This document shows, piece after piece, positions 20,755 through 28,061 of a DNA stretch of 28,061 nt; position 1 is the stretch's first letter, and every line of letters starts with the position of its first letter. Source of the DNA: Octopus sinensis (lineage: Eukaryota); the NCBI RefSeq assembly GCF_006345805.1, contig NW_021827538.1, positions 1-28,061 on the forward strand, in the 5' to 3' direction. Both the position numbers and the translations under genes were made by a program. The notes under the pieces were generated by a model that saw only the letters and a program-made list of their open reading frames with translations, was not told the origin of the DNA and ran no database searches.

Positions 20755-21385
20755 GACACTTTAAGAAGCATTCAGTAAAAGCTTTCCCATAGCTGGTCAT
20801 TTTTCATGCTAGAAATAGAAACCACTTTATTTTTCATATAAAATTTGAAGGACACTTTAAGAAGCATTCATAAATAAAATTGACCTGTATATGGTCTCAT
20901 TTCATGCTAGAAAGAGCCACCTAAACCTTCACATTTTTGTTTCATCACAAATAAAAATGGAAGGACAATTTACAAAGCATCCATGTTAAATGTTGTCCTA
21001 TAGATGGCCTAACATGATGCTAGAAATAACAGCCAAATACTCTGAAATTTGTATCGTTTTTCATAAAAAAAGTGAAGGACACTTTAAGAAGCAACTCTAA
21101 AAATATTGTCCCGTGGCAGTTTAAGTGTAAAATATTATAAAAGTATGCATTTATGAGTTTTATGTGTTTAAAAAACATAGCAAAGACATGTGTGTATATG
21201 TAGGTATATACATGTGTATAAAGGTATTTTTGTGTACAAATGGGTATTTTTGAATGAAATTTGGTAGAGATAACTTTCAAACGATGTAGATTACGATTAA
21301 AAAGAAATTTGTTGGCAAAATGTTTTGTAAGGGTTCGAGGGAAAAAGTGTGTGATTTAAGGGAGATTTGGCTGTTGTTTCTAGCA
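20755..21385. repeat. Four diverged 96-114-bp tandem units plus a 21-bp inverted repeat pair
   Basis: gacactttaagaagca-type anchors at 20755, 20851, 20964 and 21078. tgctagaaataacagccaaat (21018-21038) is inverted at 21365-21385 with one mismatch. Confidence 0.75.
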
Positions 21386-21734
21386 CACCACCCTCCTTGT
21401 CTTCTTTTTTTTTCTCATTTTTTCCCTCAGAAACACATTTATGTTATAAAAAAATAAAAAGAATATTTTTAAAATCTCTGATTATTTTTAGCCCCACTTC
21501 CTGGCCCCCGATTCTTTCTCTTTATATAATTGTAAAATATTGGAGAGCCTGAGAAGATTCTTGCTGGGATTTATCCACAGGGATTTAAATAAGAGCTTTG
21601 TAAAAGAGGATTTCTTTTGAGAGCATCCTTTTCTCTTAGAAAATGAAAGTGGAAGTTTCATTAAAAATATCCATTCTCCTGGAAGTTCTGAGGAAACAAA
21701 GTCCATGGGGTGTTCATCTGTAGTTAAGCCACAG

Positions 21735-21777
<43 letters not shown>

Positions 21778-22238
21778 GTAGAAATGTAGGTGTGTATATA
21801 TATATTATATGTATGTGTGTTTGTGTATACATTTATTCATGTATATGTACAAGTTTAAAAAAGAAATATCAAAAGATGTTGGAATATTTGAGGTATTGGA
21901 TAATTTCAGACTCTATTGTATAGGATTGCCGATACATTTATATAGGAATATAAATATACATCATAATTATACCCACAGGAAAGCAGAATATTATACATAC
22001 ATACATATTCATATATAAACTCAGATATATATACACCTACAGATATATATATACATATAATTATACATTATTATACGTAACCTTCATGCACACACATAGA
22101 AAAGACGACGGGTAAATCCATCTGTGACAACCCATGCTTAAGGGTGTCTGGTGATATTTCTGGTCTGGTATCACACAAACCGCCCAGTCTGGAGTCTCTC
22201 TATAACTTCTGCCGCTTCCCGTTCAATTGTTTCTATCT

Positions 22239-22317
22239 GTTGCCTAGCAACGCTAATTTGAATGACAAAAAACGTGGAGAAAAAGGCGGGAAATTTAGAC
22301 AAAACTTTGTCTAAATT
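22239..22317. promoter_or_regulatory. Candidate promoter motif cluster: RFX X-box, CHR-like hexamer, E2F site, palindrome
   Basis: GTTGCCTAGCAAC at 22239-22251, TTTGAA at 22257-22262, GCGGGAAA at 22286-22293, and a 12-bp-arm inverted repeat at 22292-22317, in a locally CpG-richer patch. Confidence 0.45.
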
Positions 22318-22734
22318 ATTTATTTAAAATCAAAGAGACATTGTCAGCATTTTTATGAATTAAATAATGTAAAATGACATTAAAGTTCTCACAATTAAGT
22401 CATTAATTAGGAATTATAATTAATTTGGACGTGAAAAAGAAAGGAAAATTTCGATATGTATTTATGTATGTACATAAGCAGGTAAATATTTATATATGTA
22501 AGTATGTATGAATATTTACATACGTCTATAGAGAGAGAAAGGGGGAGAGAGAGGGTGGAGTATTACACATGTATACACATAAGACGAATGATGTCTGGGT
22601 GTGTATCAGTGTGTCTGTGTGTGTATATACACGCCTGTTTATGTTTGGGCGTGTGTGTGTATTTATGTGTGATGTTGTGTGTGTGTGTGTGTATCCGGGA
22701 ACGTCACTTTCTGCCTCTCTCTCTATTTCTGACT

Positions 22735-22739
22735 GTCTC

Positions 22740-22830
<91 letters not shown>
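22735..22830. repeat. (CTAT)n followed by (TA)n microsatellite
   Basis: Direct reading. Confidence 0.95.
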
Positions 22831-22835
<5 letters not shown>

Positions 22836-22892
22836 TGTTTGACTCTCTCCCCTATCTATCTAGCCATCTCTCTCTCTATTTGTCTATCTTTT

Positions 22893-22931
<39 letters not shown>

Positions 22932-23319
22932 TTTTTCTCTTTTACTTGTTTCAGTCATTTGGCTGCGGCCAAGCTGGAGCACCGCCTTTAATCGAGCAAC
23001 TCAATCCCGGGACTTTTTCTTTTGTAAGCCTAGTACTTATTCTATCGGTCTGTTTTGCCGAACCGCTAAGTAACGGGGACGTAAACATCGGTTGTCAAGC
23101 AATGCTAGGGGGACAAACACAGACACACACACACTCATATATATATATAAATATATACGACGGGCTTCTTTCAGTTTCCATCAAACAAATCCACTCACAG
23201 GGCTTTGGTCGGCCCGAGGCAATAGTAGAAGACACTTGCCCAAGATGCCACGCAGTGGGACTGAACCCGGAACCATTTGGTTGGTAAACAAGCTACTTAC
23301 CACACAGCCACTCCTGCGC

Positions 23320-23320
<1 letters not shown>
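22932..23320 (-). mobile_element. Near full-length tRNA-derived SINE
   Basis: The minus strand starts ggcgcaggagtggctgtgtggtaag, with B box ccgggttcagtccc, complete body and A-rich 3' end. Confidence 0.9.

Positions 23321-23321
<1 letters not shown>

Positions 23322-23367
<46 letters not shown>
23322..23367. repeat. (CA)n microsatellite
   Basis: Direct reading. Confidence 0.95.
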
Positions 23368-23370
<3 letters not shown>

Positions 23371-23826
23371 GGGACCAATCTTAGATTACCCCAATCTGTT
23401 AATAACTGTAATTGCATAAGCAGAAATAAATGTGTGTTTGGTAATCAATGCCTCAGGAAGGAGGTAGTTTACCAATGCACTGTGGATACACAATTTAGTA
23501 GTAGGGTGTATATCGGAGCAACTATGAATAGCATGAAACAGAGACTTAATTATCACAGATATACTTTTAGAAATATAAATAGGATGTACTCTACAGGGTT
23601 AAGTGCATACATCTGGGAACTCAAAAGTAAGAACTTAGATTTTAGATTAAATTGGAAAATACTAACTTCGGCACCTGTGTATAATGGAAAAAATAAAAAA
23701 TGCTCTCTATGTATTAATGAAATTTTTTTCATTATTAAAGCGGGTAGGCATATTATTAACAACATAAATGAAAAAAACTTTTTTTGCATTCATAAACTAC
23801 CGTTCACTTTTTCTAGATTGAAATAG
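23368..23826 (+). mobile_element. GIY-YIG endonuclease domain of a 5'-truncated Penelope-like element
   Basis: 152 open codons: CNC-x5-C-x4-C, VVY...VYIGAT, KQR-x3-H, LSAYIWELK, WKIL, CSLC-x2-E, IINN, CIH. This is a typical PLE endonuclease layout with no RT upstream. Confidence 0.85.
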
Positions 23827-25894
23827 AACTTAGCATTTCTACTAATAATATTTTAACTCCCTTCTGTAACTAACTATACTAGTGGTCTTCTATAATTCTT
23901 AAACATGCAACTTATAAATTTATAATTTTATATAATTTTGTAGCTACACATGTATAATAATAGATGTGTCCAGTATTAATTGTTTTTTGTTTTTTGTATG
24001 TGGGTTTTTTGTCTTGTTTTTAAGGGAAATACACTATGACAAGAAATAACTTATTCATTTTGGTATTTGCCTTGTAATATGTGATTCTTGAAGTTTTCTA
24101 ATATTGCATAGTGTATATGAATATCTTGGTTAGTTACCTAGCTCTAGATAATGTAATACTATTGTATAATATATGAGAGCCTTTTGGGAGTTTGTTTTGT
24201 TTAGGTTGAGAATCTAGGTTTTTTGTATGTGTTTATTTGGCAGGTTTATATTGTATATTTGGTCTTTCTTTATACTCACCTTAATTTGTAACTTATGCTA
24301 TTTACTAATAAACCTTTTCATTTACAAACATTTGGCTTTATAAATATTAGCAGCCTTATATATTTAGTCTATATTTATAGTCTTCTGGATCTGTACATTT
24401 AATTATCCATCTATCCATTTTTTACTCACTATCTACAGGTATAAATCTTCATAATATTAGCCTGTATACCAAGTTTATATTGGTACTTTCTTCAATATAT
24501 ATCTTCTCTTTTATGTATATATGGATATATGCATATTAGCATTATTATATATTAGGTGTACCTGTACCTATGCATTTATCTGAATTGGTTCTCTATGGTA
24601 TCTATCTATGCATTTAGTCATCTAATTATTTATTTATTTATTTACTTATTTAAGTGTAGATTTATACATAAATATCAATCATTTATTTTTAATAATAATA
24701 TATGAATCCATATATACTGGTTTGTACTCATATTATGTGTGTAATCGTAATTACTTCTTATTTATTTTATCACATTTTAACTTAAGTATTCACAATCTAT
24801 TAATTTATTTTATTTCTGTGATTTTCTTATATACGATTGCATTAGTGAGTCCCCCAGTTGATATTATTTAATGCCTAATCTTGTTTATAATGGCATAGTA
24901 TTTATTAAGTAAAAAAGAGATATATATTTATATATAAAAATTAATCTATAGTTTTTAACTTAGCGTACATGGAATCATAACAAATTACCATGAATCTAGT
25001 AACCGCTATGTTGACTATAAAAAAACCGGTGTTAAATACGGAGGGTACCTAATGAAATAGCATCCAACATAGTGATATATTGATATATAAATATATACAT
25101 CTTTGAAACAAATATTTTATGGAAATATGTGAGTGGATCTTTCTTGTTATTTGAGGCATAGTTATAATTTTGAAAGACTAGATGGCTGCATAGTTGCTCC
25201 CCTATTTATTTATCTATGTGCTAGAGGTTGCTTGTTGATATGTATGTGTATAAGTGTATGTGTGTGTGTATACATATAATTATGTATGTATGTGCGATTG
25301 ATCTGTGGATGTGCGTGTGCGTATATGCGTTTCTTGACTAACCAACCGTAAAATTTCTTTTGTGATTCAAATTTCAAACTACAAGCCAATCGAATTAATC
25401 TAGAATAATCAATTTCAAGCGGACAGAATAACTAAACTCATAGTTATATCAATTTTGAAAGGATGGACTTGTTACAATCTTAACTGTATCTATTATTATT
25501 ATTATTATTAATATTAATAGTAATTGTTATTGACTTTTATAGGTTTATAATTTTATGAACTGAACTATGGTTTTCTATTATTACTTTTCAGGTATAGGTA
25601 GAATTTTAATTTAAATAGTAGTGAGCATATATCTCCCTATGTGTTAGTTTTTAGAACTATTAGCCAAATATGTAAAATAACTGTGCTTATTAATATTAAT
25701 ATATACACTGATATATATTTTGTTTTATTTTGTTTTGTTTACCTTGCATTATTGTATCAATGAGTATTATATATGTGTAGCATTATGGAGTTTATGCACA
25801 AGTTTTTATATTTTACATTTTTATATTTTTATATTTATATGTATATGGAAAAATAATTTTTTCATAATTTTTTCACAATTATAACAAATTAAAT

Positions 25895-26004
25895 TCTCTG
25901 AAGAGGCCGTGGGGCATCCTTGTTAATGCCTCATTTATACCTGCCTTTATGGCTTATAGGTTAAATGAGGTATGACTGCCCTTACTGCCAAAACAGCTGT
26001 CAGA
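25895..26004 (+). ncRNA. Type I hammerhead ribozyme relic with extended stem II, palindromic stem III and G12A core change
   Basis: Stem I tct/aga; CTGAAGA at 25898-25904; stem II ggc...gcc enclosing a long hairpin; AAAA instead of GAAA at 25990-25993; ACAGCTGT palindrome; GTC cleavage triplet at 25999-26001. Same strand as the GIY-YIG ORF. Confidence 0.75.
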
Positions 26005-26194
26005 TATGATATAATTACATATTATATTTTATATTTTATATTTCTATTTCCTTGTTTATTTATATTTACTATATATGTTGTATAATGCCTTTACTGATAT
26101 GTAATGGTGTAATAAAGTATTGATTGGGTATCATCTGATGGTTGATGTTTTATTGATTTAAGTATGTTTCTCCATTTTCTAATTTTGTAATATA

Positions 26195-26255
<61 letters not shown>

Positions 26256-26373
26256 GTGTGTATGTATATGTATATATATAATATTGATTAAGGGTAGAAA
26301 TTGATATTTATCAATTAAGACCAGTGGTCTAGCGTATTAAAAAAGAATCCGAAGATTATAATATTTATATATA

Positions 26374-26570
26374 CCAATTGAGGATTGAACAAGAAAAGTG
26401 GACAGTCAACATGCTAGATATAGACGTCAAATCGCCATTCTCCACAAAAGATTATGTTCTCAGATTAAACTCAGTTTGATCTGAGAACATAATCTTTTGT
26501 GGAGAATGGCGATTTGACGTCTTTATCTAGCATGTTGACTGTCCACTTTTCGTGTTCAGTCCTTAATTGG
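26374..26570. mobile_element. 197-bp foldback (MITE-like) element flanked by TA
   Basis: Arms 26374-26470 and 26474-26570 around a 3-nt loop (tca). I count two mismatches and three G.T pairs. Both ends read ta|ccaatt. Confidence 0.8.
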
Positions 26571-26715
26571 TATATATATATATATATATATATATATGTC
26601 TGTATTTAACTCTCTCACTTTGTCTTTATCTACAACAACCTCCACTCTGTACCAGTGTCTGAGGTTTGGTTGTTTATAGAAGTGGTATGTTTAACAAGGA
26701 GTGTTTCAGCCTGTG

Positions 26716-28061
26716 TTGGCAAAATATGTAATCTGTCCAATGGACAGTTGGTGGTGTCTGACATCAAGCATGATTGCTTGTTATACATTTCTCAGGAAGG
26801 AGACATTGTGTCCAGATTATCTCTGCCGTCTACAGCCACAGATATATGTTAGTGGGGTTCTAATCATATAGGGGTCACAGATGGTTGCCAGTGTTTTACA
26901 GTCCCAAATGAAACCTCCCCACAATTTCTATGGTGGATGTATAGATAAAAATGTTTGTTAGACAACATCCCTATGTTTGTTATAAATGATTACTATTTGG
27001 TGGTTAAGGATCTCGTTACAAATAATCAGCTTAATATTGACATGGCACATCTATTTTATAGAAACATCTGTGTCAGTGAAATGTTGTCTTCTAAATTCTA
27101 TCTACAGGATCTCCAGGTTTCCGAGACAAACAACCAGTGCAGATTTTTCGTTTGGTTATTACTGAAAACAACCTGATTGCAATATACGACAGGAAAAATA
27201 AAAAACATAAGAAATTCACATTTGATGGTCATCTCTTGGATTCTATCAAATTGAATGTCTCTGCCATCAATATGTGTCGATGGCAGTCAAACCCACTGGT
27301 TATTACAACTGGTGATGGTGACAACCAAATGTTGACATTAAAAGTTGAATTTCAATTGTCATTGGTGATTTAGCAGACAAGAAATAAATATCATTGTATT
27401 GCTTCTTTGTCGGATGGTCTACTAGTATATAATTGGGATGGAGATGAACGTACTTTGTATGTCATTGATTTTGATGAAATCCATTCGACTGTGAGTATAA
27501 TGAAGCAAATAGACATACTGAGACATTATTGATGAGAGGTGGTGAGGTTATTGATTATGTTGAAGGCATATGCAATATTACAGTGACTGTTAATGATGTC
27601 ATCCTCGTTAGCAACAACAAATTCATCAATTTCCTCAGTAGTGATGGTCAGTATTTACATTCAGTTAGACACTACATGAAGTATATCAGTATTCATAGCA
27701 ACATAACAGTTGATGAGAAAAGATATCATCTCTATGGTATATTTAACAACATAGTGTGTTTCACACAGACTGGTGACCACAGCAAAATATATTTAAATGA
27801 AAGAATTTGTGTATGTAAAGTGGGCTTTAGCTGTATAAACAGTAAAGGGCCGAGATTTATTGGAAGTCACAGAAATAAATTGTATGTTGAAGGTTTGTTT
27901 CAGCTTAATCGGGAGAGATTCCCTGTTTGTCGTTTACAAACAGACGACTGTCCTGTTCAAGTAAAAGATTTTGATGTCTCTGAGGAAGGAAAGACAGTCG
28001 TGTGTGAAAAAGCCAATAATGGAAATGTTAAAATATTTGATAGAGACGGGGAGTTGCTATG
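26716..28061 (+). pseudogene. Decayed tandem paralog of the multi-propeller gene (propellers 3-5 region), truncated by the window end
   Basis: Colinear with ~16398-18440. Lesions: TAG at 26850-26852, a 590-bp deletion (gene 16561-17150), a 37-bp deletion near 27124, a stop at 27371-27373, and a 1-bp deletion near 27520. Confidence 0.85.

Noticed and set aside
20755-21100. Repeat-spacer look (also the RTE modules and the 1934-2195 array) as a CRISPR array
   Set aside because: The context is eukaryotic, units are homologous through the would-be spacers, and no cas genes are present.
21540-21740. GFIHRDL, resembling the kinase catalytic loop
   Set aside because: No K-x-x-N, DFG or other subdomain is present, an in-frame stop follows, and there is no clear exon structure.
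23092-23367. N-terminal 92 aa of the 244-aa ORF
   Set aside because: It derives from an antisense SINE plus (CA)n. Only 23368-23826 is endonuclease.
25383-25391. CCAAT box (agccaatcg) in the PLE 3' region
   Set aside because: It is a single short motif with no supporting promoter context.

Overview
AT-rich, microsatellite-dense metazoan DNA. The SINE, RTE-tail and Helitron-like repeats look cephalopod (Octopus-like); this is my pattern recognition, not a database result. 1-14 kb is mostly interspersed repeats: tRNA-head SINEs, RTE LINE pieces including a 5'-truncated RT with a PHD finger, and non-autonomous Helitrons. The main gene is an intronless frame at 14289-19962, split into 717-aa and 1193-aa ORFs. 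A decayed tandem paralog at ~26716-28061 shows the split is a 2-bp deletion. Repaired, it encodes ~1891 aa, predicted as about six tandem NHL-like beta-propellers with low-complexity loop inserts. Between the copies lie an RFX/E2F/CHR motif cluster, a Penelope-like GIY-YIG endonuclease, a same-strand hammerhead ribozyme with a long stem II and a G12A core change, and a 197-bp foldback element. No CRISPR, rRNA or complete tRNA was seen.
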